From: Eubacteriales bacterium
GTDB taxonomy: Bacteria; Bacillota; Clostridia; Oscillospirales; CAG-272
DNA length: 48,669 bases
Assembly: GCA_045588715.1 (NCBI GenBank)
Contig: JAZNEQ010000023.1
Location: 1 to 48,669 of the forward strand
Direction: 5' to 3'
The first letter of the stretch is position 1. Every line of letters begins with the position of its first letter. The notes under the pieces were generated by a model. It was not told the origin of the DNA. It did no database searches and saw nothing but the letters and a program-made list of their open reading frames with translations. This document shows positions 19,653 through 28,666 of this stretch, piece by piece. Made by a program: the position numbers and the translations under genes.

Positions 19653-21368
19653 ATGCGAATACAGAGAATCGTTATTTCATCGGGTGAGCACCCTTCGCTG
19701 TATTTCCGCGGCGGAACCGAACAGGAGGGGCGCATCACACTCAAAAGTGGGGAGCGCCTCTTTTTTGATACCTACTTTAACTGCTTTACCTATACCAAGT
19801 ACAGAGAATATACAACGATTGAGGAAATCACTTTTTGCGGCATGCTCGAAGGGCACGCGCGCATATCCCTTTGCATCTATGACGGTGCAAAAGAACGTAC
19901 ACTGACAGACTGTCATGCCACCAAAGACTTTTCTTTAACACTTGCTCTCTCTTCCCTTCCCGAAAACGCTTTCCTTTATCCCGTCATCGAGGCGATCGAT
20001 GACACTGTGTTCCTCGCAGGCGAATACTGTGCCGAAGCAGCTCCAATGCCTCCGTCCTGTGCCATTGCCATTTGTACCTATCACCGCGAGGAATACCTGG
20101 AAAACAATTTAAAAATTTTAAACGAAGCCAAAATTCCTTACATCGATCACATCCTCGTGGTTGATAACGGGGGAACCTTAAACGCCGATTCCCTCCCCCC
20201 CATCGCCACACTTTTTAAAAACCCCAATTACGGTGGAAGCGCCGGCTTTACACGCGGTATGATCGAAGCCCGAAAAAGAGGCTTTTCGCATGTGATCCTG
20301 ATGGACGACGATATCGTGATCTACCCCGAAGCGCTTGAGAGAATGACGGCATTTCTTTCAATACTCCGTCCCTCCTTCAAAAACGCGCACCTCAGCGCGG
20401 CAATGCTTCCCACCTCGTGTCTTTACCGTCAGCATGAAAAGGGCGCGCGATGGAACGGTTCACACATCGAAAGCATGCATCCAAAGCTGGACGTGCGCAA
20501 TCGTGAGGCTCTAGTCGAGAACCTAAGCGACGGTCCTATCGAATACGGCGCATGGTGGTGCTTTTGTCTGCCCTTAACAGACGTTGACACGTTTGGCCTC
20601 CCCCTTCCCCTGTTTATTAAATTTGACGACGTTGAATACGGCACACGCTGTTGCAAAAATACCGCTCCCATCATCACAATGAGCGGTTTGGCGGTAGCGC
20701 ACGCCGATTTTGATGCGAAGTACAACATCCATCTGGAATATTACTCCATCCGAAATCAGTTGATCATGCTGGCATCTCACGGCATGCAAAACGCTTTTGG
20801 TTGTATTTTTCGCTTAATAAAGGTCTTTCTAAAAAATCTCTTTCTCTACCGCTACGTTTCCTTTCCCATCGTATTGCGCGCATTTAACGATTTTCTGCGC
20901 GGCGCTGACTTTCTTATGAGTGTGAACGCGGAAGAACTCAACCGCGAGATCATGGCGATGTCACCGCCTGCCACGGAGCTTGCAGCTCTTCCCGACTGGG
21001 ATCCGGAATTCCGTACGTCTTACCAACCTCCAAAGCAAAATCCGCTTCTTTGGATCGTTAACTTTCTTACGCTGGGGGGGCATCTCATTCCGCGATGCTT
21101 TATGAGCAAAAAAACGGTAGCGGCACCTCTTCCCTCGGCGAAAATAGGAGCTTGCTTCCTTCATCGCCGCACGATACAATATCAAGAAGCTTCGGATAGC
21201 GGTTACGTTTTTGAAAAGGATTCAATTCAATTTTTTGCATGCTTTGCCTCCGCTCTGAAAATGAGCTTTAAGATCCTGTTCTCCTATCACCGCGCAAAAA
21301 AAAGCTATCAAAAGAATTTTTCAAAAATGACCTCCCTTGAATTTTGGGAACGGTATCTTCAACTTTAA
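19653..21368 (+). CDS. GlfT2-like GT2 galactofuranosyltransferase (paralogue of the N-half of 15490..18492)
   Basis: 'NYGGSAGF', 'LMDDD', 'AWWCF', 'LPLFIKFDDVEYG', 'EYYSIRN'. Confidence 0.85.
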   Translation: MRIQRIVISSGEHPSLYFRGGTEQEGRITLKSGERLFFDTYFNCFTYTKYREYTTIEEITFCGMLEGHARISLCIYDGAKERTLTDCHATKDFSLTLALSSLPENAFLYPVIEAIDDTVFLAGEYCAEAAPMPPSCAIAICTYHREEYLENNLKILNEAKIPYIDHILVVDNGGTLNADSLPPIATLFKNPNYGGSAGFTRGMIEARKRGFSHVILMDDDIVIYPEALERMTAFLSILRPSFKNAHLSAAMLPTSCLYRQHEKGARWNGSHIESMHPKLDVRNREALVENLSDGPIEYGAWWCFCLPLTDVDTFGLPLPLFIKFDDVEYGTRCCKNTAPIITMSGLAVAHADFDAKYNIHLEYYSIRNQLIMLASHGMQNAFGCIFRLIKVFLKNLFLYRYVSFPIVLRAFNDFLRGADFLMSVNAEELNREIMAMSPPATELAALPDWDPEFRTSYQPPKQNPLLWIVNFLTLGGHLIPRCFMSKKTVAAPLPSAKIGACFLHRRTIQYQEASDSGYVFEKDSIQFFACFASALKMSFKILFSYHRAKKSYQKNFSKMTSLEFWERYLQL

Positions 21369-21443
21369 CCGTATTGCGGGGGCTATCACACCAAATTAAG
21401 TGACGCCCCCCCTTTTCGGGTCATCAAAGAAAGGATTTCTCCT

Positions 21444-22856
21444 ATGCTTGAGCTTATCTCATCTCTCGTAAGCGCGATCAGCAATGCTATGTACAGCTAT
21501 CTTCTGATCCTACTCCTGGTCCTTGCAGGCGTTTATTTTACCGTACGCACCAAAGGCACACAATTAGGAACGCTGCGGGAGCAATTTAAGGTCGTTACCG
21601 AAAAACCCAAGGATAAAAAAGGGGTTTCCTCCTTTCACGCTCTTATGGTTTCTACCGCATCTCGCGTGGGAACCGGAAACATCATCGGTGTCTCCACCGC
21701 CCTATGTCTTGGCGGTTTTGGGGCGGTTTTCTGGATGTGGGTCATTGCCCTGGTGGGTGCCGCTTCTGCTTTTGTTGAAAGCACCTTGGCACAGATCTAC
21801 AAAAAGCGATCTCCCGACGGCACTTCTTACGGCGGTCCCGCGTATTACATGGAAGCAGCACTCCGTTGCCGTCCGCTTGCCATTGTTTTTTCCGTCCTTT
21901 TGATCTTCACCTACGGCATCGGCTTTAATATGCTTGCCTCCTACAATCTGCAATCCACCTTCTCCGTTTATTCCTTTTACGACGCCGACGTAACCCCTTG
22001 GATCATCGGTCTTATCACCGCCCTTGCGGTATGCTACTGTCTTTTTGGTGGTGGAAAGCGCCTCATCAAGCTGACAAGCCTGATCGTTCCCATCATGGGG
22101 ATCGCCTATATCGCCGTCGCTCTTTTAATCGTTTTGCTCAACGTCACAACGCTCCCCTCCGTGCTTGCACGCATCTTTAGAGAGGCGTTTGATCTGTCCG
22201 CGATCTTCGGCGGATTTAGCGGCTCCTGCGTCATGTACGGTGTTAAGCGCGGATTGTTCAGCAATGAAGCAGGCGTGGGCTCTGCCCCCAACGCCTCCGC
22301 ATCCGCAGAGGTCTCCCACCCCGTAAAGCAGGGCTTGGTGCAGATCCTCTCCGTCTTTATTGACACGTTACTCGTCTGCACTGCAACCGCCTTTATGTGT
22401 ATGTGCTCGGGAATTGAACCCACCGCAGCCTTGGCAGGAGCTCCCTACGTACAAGAATCCCTGAAAGCAACACTCGGTGCGCCGGGTCCGATCTTTATCA
22501 CCGTTGCTATGATCCTTTTTGCTTTTACCACCTTGATCGGGAACCTTTACTACGTCAATCAGGCGCTCTCGCACATTCTCGGTCACGTCCCCGGAAAAAA
22601 AGCGAACTACGTTTACTATATTCTCGCCTCTGCCGTTATTTTTGTAGGTGCGGGACTTAGCGCAGGGCTTCTCTGGGACGTTGCGGACATTGCGATGGGA
22701 CTGATGGTCATGATCAACATCCCCGTCATCTTCTATCTTGGTAAGTACGCATTTCGTGCCCTTCGCGATTATAAAGCACAAAAAAAGAAAGGGTGTGACC
22801 CTGTTTTTTGCGCCAAGGATATCGGCATTACCGATCCATTGGATTATTGGAATTGA
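21444..22856 (+). CDS. alsT: Alanine/glycine:cation symporter (AlsT family)
   Basis: 'RVGTGNI', 'ESTLAQIYK', 'GGPAYY', 'RGLFSNEAGVGS', 'VKQG'. Confidence 0.92.
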   Translation: MLELISSLVSAISNAMYSYLLILLLVLAGVYFTVRTKGTQLGTLREQFKVVTEKPKDKKGVSSFHALMVSTASRVGTGNIIGVSTALCLGGFGAVFWMWVIALVGAASAFVESTLAQIYKKRSPDGTSYGGPAYYMEAALRCRPLAIVFSVLLIFTYGIGFNMLASYNLQSTFSVYSFYDADVTPWIIGLITALAVCYCLFGGGKRLIKLTSLIVPIMGIAYIAVALLIVLLNVTTLPSVLARIFREAFDLSAIFGGFSGSCVMYGVKRGLFSNEAGVGSAPNASASAEVSHPVKQGLVQILSVFIDTLLVCTATAFMCMCSGIEPTAALAGAPYVQESLKATLGAPGPIFITVAMILFAFTTLIGNLYYVNQALSHILGHVPGKKANYVYYILASAVIFVGAGLSAGLLWDVADIAMGLMVMINIPVIFYLGKYAFRALRDYKAQKKKGCDPVFCAKDIGITDPLDYWN

Positions 22857-22867
22857 TATATTATATA

Positions 22868-22910
22868 AAAAAGAAAGCGCTTATGACGTTATAAACGCTT
22901 TCTTTTTTTT
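22868..22910. terminator. Bidirectional terminator
   Basis: AAAAAGAAAGCG...CGCTTTCTTTTTTT between convergent genes. Confidence 0.75.
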
Positions 22911-22921
22911 ATGTGCTTCTC

Positions 22922-23584
22922 TTACCAAGGTAGAGAGTCCCCGTCGCCGATCTTTCGCGGGTGGTCGAGCAGCACGTCCGCACCGTTTTCAAGCAGCTCC
23001 TCTTTTCCGCGAAAGCCCCACAGTACTCCCACCGTGAAAATCCCCGCATTTTTTCCCGTTTGCATATCGGTAGAGGTATCTCCAAAATAAAAGCATTCCT
23101 CCCGAGATGCTCCAAATTTCTTCATGACCTCCAACACCACCGTGGGATCGGGCTTGAGGATCCCCCCCGGCTTTTGTCCTGTAACGTAATCAAAATACCC
23201 CTCTCCGAAAAGTGCCTTCACCACGGTCTGCGTCGCGAAATCGGGTTTGTTGGATACGATGGCAAGCTTAACGCCTCTTCTCTTAAGCTCGTCAAGAGAC
23301 TCCAAAAGCCCTTCATAAATGGTAGTCCCCTTGGCAACGTCTTTATTATACTCCGTATCGTAATCGTAAAAAACACGCTCGTAAAGCGCTTCGCTATAGC
23401 AATTGCGGTATTCCAGCATTCCCTTGACAAGATTGGCGATCCCACGTCCCACCAAAAAATTATACTGCTTTTTTTCAATCGGCTCAATACCGTTTTTTTC
23501 AAGCGCGTTATTCGCGTAATAGGCGATCGTTCCCACCGTGTCCAGTACCGTTCCGTCCAAATCAAAAATACAAAGCTTGATCAT
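22922..23584 (-). CDS. HAD-superfamily phosphatase (phosphoglycolate phosphatase-like)
   Basis: 'FDLDGTVLDT', 'SNK', 'KPDP', 'GDTSTD'; start at 23584 after GGAGG. Confidence 0.9.
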   Translation of the reverse strand: MIKLCIFDLDGTVLDTVGTIAYYANNALEKNGIEPIEKKQYNFLVGRGIANLVKGMLEYRNCYSEALYERVFYDYDTEYNKDVAKGTTIYEGLLESLDELKRRGVKLAIVSNKPDFATQTVVKALFGEGYFDYVTGQKPGGILKPDPTVVLEVMKKFGASREECFYFGDTSTDMQTGKNAGIFTVGVLWGFRGKEELLENGADVLLDHPRKIGDGDSLPW

Positions 23585-23600
23585 TCCATTCCTCCGTTTA

Positions 23601-24260
23601 TTAAAGCAATTCAAATTTGTTTTTTTCGCACGCAATGATCCCCTCGCGCCGAAGCTTTCCGATCTCCGCAGAAAGTCCGCTGCGATCCACCTCAAGGTAA
23701 TCCGCCAAAGCCTGACGGTCAAAAGGGATCTCAAATGCGTTATCCCCCACGTCTCTTGCGCGGGATGCAAGATATGACAAAAGCTTTTCCCTGGTCGTAC
23801 GCTTGGATGTGATCTCCGTTTTTTCATGAAACATTACGTTTTTTTGCGCCAGATCCTTCATCAGGTTGTAGATCAGCATTTGGTGATGCACACAGTACTT
23901 CTCACAGGTATGCAAAATGTGTGAGCAATCGATCAACATAACCTCGCTCATCTCATTTGCCACCACACTCACAGGAAGCGCCGACAGCCCCGCACAGGCA
24001 AACGACTCCGAAAAGATCTCTGATTCTGAAATATGAAACAAAACGCTCCGATTGCCGTAATAATCGTTCTGAACGATTTGGGCAGACCCGGAAAGCTGGA
24101 TCCCAATATACCTGGCGGGGGACCCTTGTGCCATGATCGTGTATTTCTTATCAAAGCACTCTATCCTCGCTCCAAGGCAGGAAAGCATTTTCAAAAGATC
24201 GTTTTCCTCGATTCCTACAAACAAGGGGCATTTTTTTAATTTTTCCAGATATTTTTTCAC
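23601..24260 (-). CDS. Crp/Fnr family regulator (HcpR-like)
   Basis: cNMP-binding domain; 'RQALADYLEVDRSGLSAEIGKL' HTH. Confidence 0.9.
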   Translation of the reverse strand: MKKYLEKLKKCPLFVGIEENDLLKMLSCLGARIECFDKKYTIMAQGSPARYIGIQLSGSAQIVQNDYYGNRSVLFHISESEIFSESFACAGLSALPVSVVANEMSEVMLIDCSHILHTCEKYCVHHQMLIYNLMKDLAQKNVMFHEKTEITSKRTTREKLLSYLASRARDVGDNAFEIPFDRQALADYLEVDRSGLSAEIGKLRREGIIACEKNKFELL

Positions 24261-24274
24261 TTTTTTCTCCGTTT

Positions 24275-24290
24275 TGTTGAAAATTCAACA
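24275..24290. promoter_or_regulatory. Palindrome TGTTG-N6-CAACA, candidate operator of the adjacent Crp/Fnr regulator
   Basis: TGTTGAA-AA-TTCAACA in the divergent intergenic region. Confidence 0.5.
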
Positions 24291-24389
24291 TACTTTTCGG
24301 GAATATTATACTATAATAATCTCGGAAAATCAAGAGAAAAGGAAAAATACTTGTATTTCGAAAACATTTTCCGTAAGAGGTAAATTCCT

Positions 24390-25424
24390 ATGAAAATTGC
24401 ATTTTTTGATACAAAGCCGTACGACAAGCCTGCCTTTGATAAATACGGCGTCGAAAACGGCATTCAATTTAAATATTTTGAAACCAAGCTTTCCGAGGAT
24501 ACCGCAGAGCTTGCCCGCGGATACGACGGCGTATGCGTTTTTGTAAACGACACGGTCAACAAGCCCGTCATCGATAAACTGACCAACTTTGGGATCCGCC
24601 TGCTTGCGCTTCGATGCGCGGGCTTTAACAACGTGGATATGAAATACGCCCACGGAAAGCTCCACGTCTTTCGTGTGCCCGCGTATTCGCCGTATGCCGT
24701 TGCCGAGCACGCGATCGCACTCCTGCTCACCTCCATTCGCCGTATCCACAAGGCGTATATCCGCACACGTGACTTTAATTTCAGCCTCGCGGGAATGACC
24801 GGCTTTGATCTGCACGGAAAAACGGTAGGGGTCGTCGGCACCGGACGTATAGGCCGTGCGTTTATCGACATTTGCCTGGGCTTTGGCATGAAGGTGTTGG
24901 CGTACGACAAATTTCCCGCACAGGATCTTGCTGTCAAAGAGCGCGTCTCCTACGTCTCCTTGGACGAGCTTTTTGCGGGCAGCGATATCATTTCTCTGCA
25001 CTGCCCCCTTGCCGAGGACACCTATCACCTTATCCAGCGAGAGACACTTGCAAAATGCCGCCGCGGTGTGGTGATCTTAAACACCTCACGCGGTGCGCTC
25101 ATTGATGCCGAGGATCTTCTGGAAGCGATCAAAGCACGCCACGTAGGCGCTGCGTGTCTTGACGTATACGAGGAGGAATCCGAATTCTTCTTCGAGGACT
25201 TCTCCGGTCACATTATCGACGATGACGTATTGGCAAGACTGATCTCCATGCCCAACGTGATCGTCACCTCTCATCAAGCCTTTCTGACCGAGGAGGCATT
25301 GCAAAGCATTGCCGAAACAACGGTAAACAATCTTGTTACCTTTGTAAAAAACGGACAGTGTGAAAACGAGCTTTGCTATCGCGGTGGAACGACCGAGGAT
25401 TGCAAAAGCGGAAAATGCTTTTGA
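24390..25424 (+). CDS. ldhA: D-lactate / D-2-hydroxyacid dehydrogenase
   Basis: 'RCAGFNNVD', 'YSPYAVAEHA', GTGRIG, 'NTSRG', 'LDVYEEE', 'TSHQAFLT'. Confidence 0.9.
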   Translation: MKIAFFDTKPYDKPAFDKYGVENGIQFKYFETKLSEDTAELARGYDGVCVFVNDTVNKPVIDKLTNFGIRLLALRCAGFNNVDMKYAHGKLHVFRVPAYSPYAVAEHAIALLLTSIRRIHKAYIRTRDFNFSLAGMTGFDLHGKTVGVVGTGRIGRAFIDICLGFGMKVLAYDKFPAQDLAVKERVSYVSLDELFAGSDIISLHCPLAEDTYHLIQRETLAKCRRGVVILNTSRGALIDAEDLLEAIKARHVGAACLDVYEEESEFFFEDFSGHIIDDDVLARLISMPNVIVTSHQAFLTEEALQSIAETTVNNLVTFVKNGQCENELCYRGGTTEDCKSGKCF

Positions 25425-25439
25425 TATCAAGGAGGGTCC

Positions 25440-26090
25440 ATGAACAAAAAAACAATACAGATCGATCAAACAAAATGTAACGGCTGCGGCGCTTGTGCCG
25501 CAGCCTGCCACGAGGGTGCCATCGAGATGATCGACGGCGTGGCGGTGCTGACCCGGGAGGATCATTGCGACGGCTTGGGAGATTGTCTCCCTGCCTGCCC
25601 CACGGGCGCGATCACGCTGGTAGAAAAGCAAGCTCCCTCCACCCTCTATAAAAAAGCGGCTTGCCCCGGAAACGCGGCAAAATTACATACGGTGACCACC
25701 CCCACAGCACCGCGCGCCACAGCCAAAAGCCAACTCATGCAATGGCCTTGTCAGATCAAGCTGATTCCTATCAACGCCCCTTATTTCGACTCGGCAGAGC
25801 TTCTCATTGCCGCAGACTGCGCGGCATATGCTTACGCATCCTTTCACGAGGACTTCATGCGCGATCACATTACCTTGATCGGCTGTCCCAAGCTTGACGG
25901 CGTTGATTATACCGAGAAATTGACGGCAATCATCAAAACGAACAATATAAAAAGCATACGGATCGTTCGTATGGAGGTCCCCTGCTGCTCACGGCTTGAG
26001 CTTGCAGTTAAAAATGCCTTGCAGGAGAGCCAAAAAACGATCCCGTGTCGGGTCATCACACTTTCTACAGATGGAAAAATCATACAATAA
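25440..26090 (+). CDS. 4Fe-4S dicluster protein of the type often found near hcp/Crp genes
   Basis: CNGCGACAAACH, CDGLGDCLPACP, 'WPCQIKL', 'GCPKLD', 'MEVPCC'. Confidence 0.85.
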   Translation: MNKKTIQIDQTKCNGCGACAAACHEGAIEMIDGVAVLTREDHCDGLGDCLPACPTGAITLVEKQAPSTLYKKAACPGNAAKLHTVTTPTAPRATAKSQLMQWPCQIKLIPINAPYFDSAELLIAADCAAYAYASFHEDFMRDHITLIGCPKLDGVDYTEKLTAIIKTNNIKSIRIVRMEVPCCSRLELAVKNALQESQKTIPCRVITLSTDGKIIQ

Positions 26091-26106
26091 CGGAGGGAAA
26101 TAAGTA

Positions 26107-27900
26107 ATGCAGATCACCAAGGATATCAGATACATTGGAGTTAACGATCACAAGGTAGACCTTTTCGAGGGGCAATACCCGGTTCCAAACGGAATGGCGT
26201 ATAATTCCTATGTCATTCTGGACGAAAAAATCGCCGTTATCGATACGGTAGACGCGGGCTTTACCCACGAATGGCTCGACAATCTTCAAACAACGCTTTC
26301 CGGGAAAAGTCCCGATTACCTCATCGTTCAACACATGGAGCCCGATCATTCAGCAAATATTCAAAGTTTCCATAAGGCATATCCCAATGCAACCATTGTG
26401 GCATCCGCAAAAGCGTTTCCCATGATGAAAAACTTTTTCGGAACCGATTTTGAAGAGGCGCAGCTTGTCGTTGGCGAGGGGGACACCTTGAGTCTCGGAA
26501 AACATACGCTTACCTTCGTCACCGCTCCCATGGTACATTGGCCCGAGGTCATCGTCACCTACGATTCGTATGATAAGGTGCTTTTCTCCGCCGACGGATT
26601 TGGAAAATTCGGTGCCTTGGACATCGACGAGCCTTGGGCAGACGAGGCAAGGCGTTATTATATCGGTATTGTCGGAAAATACGGCGTTCAAGTGCAAAAA
26701 CTGCTGCAAAAAGCAGCAGGGCTTGACATTTCCGCGATCTGCCCCTTGCACGGTCCTGTCCTCAAGGAGGATCTTGGCTATTATATCGGGCTTTACAACA
26801 CCTGGTCAAGCTACGAGGTTGAGGACGAGGGCATCGTCATCGCCTATACCTCAGTCTACGGCAATACCAAACGCGCGGTCAACGTTCTTGCCGAAAAGCT
26901 GCGTGCCGCAGGTGCTCCCACGGTAAAGGTGTACGATCTTGCAAGGTGTGATATTACGGAAGCTGTCGCCGATGCCTTCCGTTATTCCAAGCTTGTTCTG
27001 GCAACGACCACCTATAACGGCGATATCTTCCCCTTTATGCGCACCTTTATCGATCATCTGACCGAGCGCAATTTTTCAAACCGCACCGTAGCCCTTATCG
27101 AAAACGGAAGCTGGGCACCTCTTGCAGCCAAGGTGATGCGCGGAATGCTTGAAAAATCCAAAAACCTCACTTTCAGCCCCACAGCGGTACGGATCTTGTC
27201 TGCCATGAACGACGAAAGCCGTGCGGCACTTGACGAAATGGTAAAGGAGCTTTGCCGCGAATACCGCGAGCAAAGCGACACCACCGCAAACAAAAACGAT
27301 CTTTCTGCACTTTTCAATATTGGATACGGCTTATACGTGGTCACCTCCAACGACGGAAAGCGCGACAACGGACTCATCGTCAACACCGTCACACAGGTGA
27401 CAAGCATTCCCAACCGCATTGCCGTTACGATCAACAAGCAAAACTACTCTCACCATATCATCAAGCAAACGGGCAAAATGAACATCAACTGCCTGACGAC
27501 CGATGCCCCCTTTGCCGTATTTGAAAAATTTGGATTTACCAGCGGAAGAAACACCGATAAATTTGCGGGGTGCGAACCGCTTCGCTCTGACAACGGACTC
27601 ATCTTTTTACCAAGGTATATCAACTCTTTCCTCTCCCTTACGGTAGAAAGCTACGTCGATCTTGATACCCACGGTATGTTCGTGTGCACGGTCAGCGAGG
27701 CGCGCGTCCTGTCTGACAAGGAATCCATGACCTATGCGTATTACCACGAAAACGTCAAACCAAAGCCCAAGACAGAGGGAAAGAGCGGATACGTCTGCAA
27801 GATCTGCGGATACGTGTATGAGGGCGAGACGCTCCCCGAGGACTTTATCTGCCCACTTTGTAAACACGGCGCTTCCGACTTTGAGCCCTTGGAGAAATAA
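26107..27900 (+). CDS. fprA: Multidomain flavodiiron protein (MBL + flavodoxin + flavin reductase + short rubredoxin)
   Basis: HMEPDH, HWP, SAD and HG iron ligands; 'SVYGNT' flavodoxin; 'YGLYVVTS' flavin reductase; CKIC..CPLC. Confidence 0.9.
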   Translation: MQITKDIRYIGVNDHKVDLFEGQYPVPNGMAYNSYVILDEKIAVIDTVDAGFTHEWLDNLQTTLSGKSPDYLIVQHMEPDHSANIQSFHKAYPNATIVASAKAFPMMKNFFGTDFEEAQLVVGEGDTLSLGKHTLTFVTAPMVHWPEVIVTYDSYDKVLFSADGFGKFGALDIDEPWADEARRYYIGIVGKYGVQVQKLLQKAAGLDISAICPLHGPVLKEDLGYYIGLYNTWSSYEVEDEGIVIAYTSVYGNTKRAVNVLAEKLRAAGAPTVKVYDLARCDITEAVADAFRYSKLVLATTTYNGDIFPFMRTFIDHLTERNFSNRTVALIENGSWAPLAAKVMRGMLEKSKNLTFSPTAVRILSAMNDESRAALDEMVKELCREYREQSDTTANKNDLSALFNIGYGLYVVTSNDGKRDNGLIVNTVTQVTSIPNRIAVTINKQNYSHHIIKQTGKMNINCLTTDAPFAVFEKFGFTSGRNTDKFAGCEPLRSDNGLIFLPRYINSFLSLTVESYVDLDTHGMFVCTVSEARVLSDKESMTYAYYHENVKPKPKTEGKSGYVCKICGYVYEGETLPEDFICPLCKHGASDFEPLEK

Positions 27901-27905
27901 CACGT

Positions 27906-28658
27906 ATGGAACTTGTATTATTGACTGCCGTCGGAGTGGGAGGCGCTACCGTCATCGGTGCCATCATCGGCTTTTGCTTTAAGCGCATCTCCCACACCTT
28001 CTCCGATATCGTTCTTTCCTTTGCCGCAGGTGTCATGCTGGCAGCAGCCGTACTGGGGTTGATCCTTCCTTCCCTGGAGTACGGCGGTGATCTCGGGCTT
28101 CTTTACGCCGTTCTCGGAATTTTTTGCGGTGCGATCTGTCTCAACCTTATCGATAAACTTGTACCGCACCTACATAAGCTGGCGGGTGTGGATAGCGAAA
28201 CCCACACCAACAAAAATATCAGCCGCGTCCTGCTTTTCGTCAGTGCCATTGCGATCCACAATCTCCCCGAGGGAATTGCGGCAGGCGTTGGCTTTGGCTC
28301 GGGCGACACCTCGCAGGCACTCATTATTGCGGGCGGTATCGCTCTGCAAAACATCCCTGAGGGAATGGTCATCATTGGTCCTATGCTGTCAGCAGGGATC
28401 AAGCCCGGCAGGACCTTCTTTCTTGCCATGATGACAGGACTTGTCGAAGTGGTGGGAACCTTGATCGGTTACTTCGCGGTATCCGTTTCCACGGCGATAC
28501 TTCCCTTTGCCCTCGCCTTCGCGGGAGGAACCATGCTATACGTGATCAGCGATGAAATGATTCCCGAAACACACGCGCACGGACATGAGCGCGGTGCTAC
28601 TTACGCACTTCTGGTCGGCTTTTGCCTGATGCTTGCCACCGACGTATTGCTTGGATAA
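27906..28658 (+). CDS. ZIP family metal transporter (ZupT/GufA-like)
   Basis: 'FAAGVML', 'HNLPEG', 'QNIPEG', 'EMIPE'. Confidence 0.92.
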   Translation: MELVLLTAVGVGGATVIGAIIGFCFKRISHTFSDIVLSFAAGVMLAAAVLGLILPSLEYGGDLGLLYAVLGIFCGAICLNLIDKLVPHLHKLAGVDSETHTNKNISRVLLFVSAIAIHNLPEGIAAGVGFGSGDTSQALIIAGGIALQNIPEGMVIIGPMLSAGIKPGRTFFLAMMTGLVEVVGTLIGYFAVSVSTAILPFALAFAGGTMLYVISDEMIPETHAHGHERGATYALLVGFCLMLATDVLLG

Positions 28659-28666
28659 AAAATAAA

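Noticed and set aside
21369-21443. Glycine riboswitch upstream of alsT
   Set aside because: The gap is only 75 nt with one hairpin and no aptamer motifs.
23585-23827. N-terminal extension of the HAD ORF (also the extended starts of crp 3134, gtrB 9754, rbfA 39998, prmC 40447 and GH28 34470)
   Set aside because: They overlap neighbouring genes or promoters; downstream starts with SD fit the families better.
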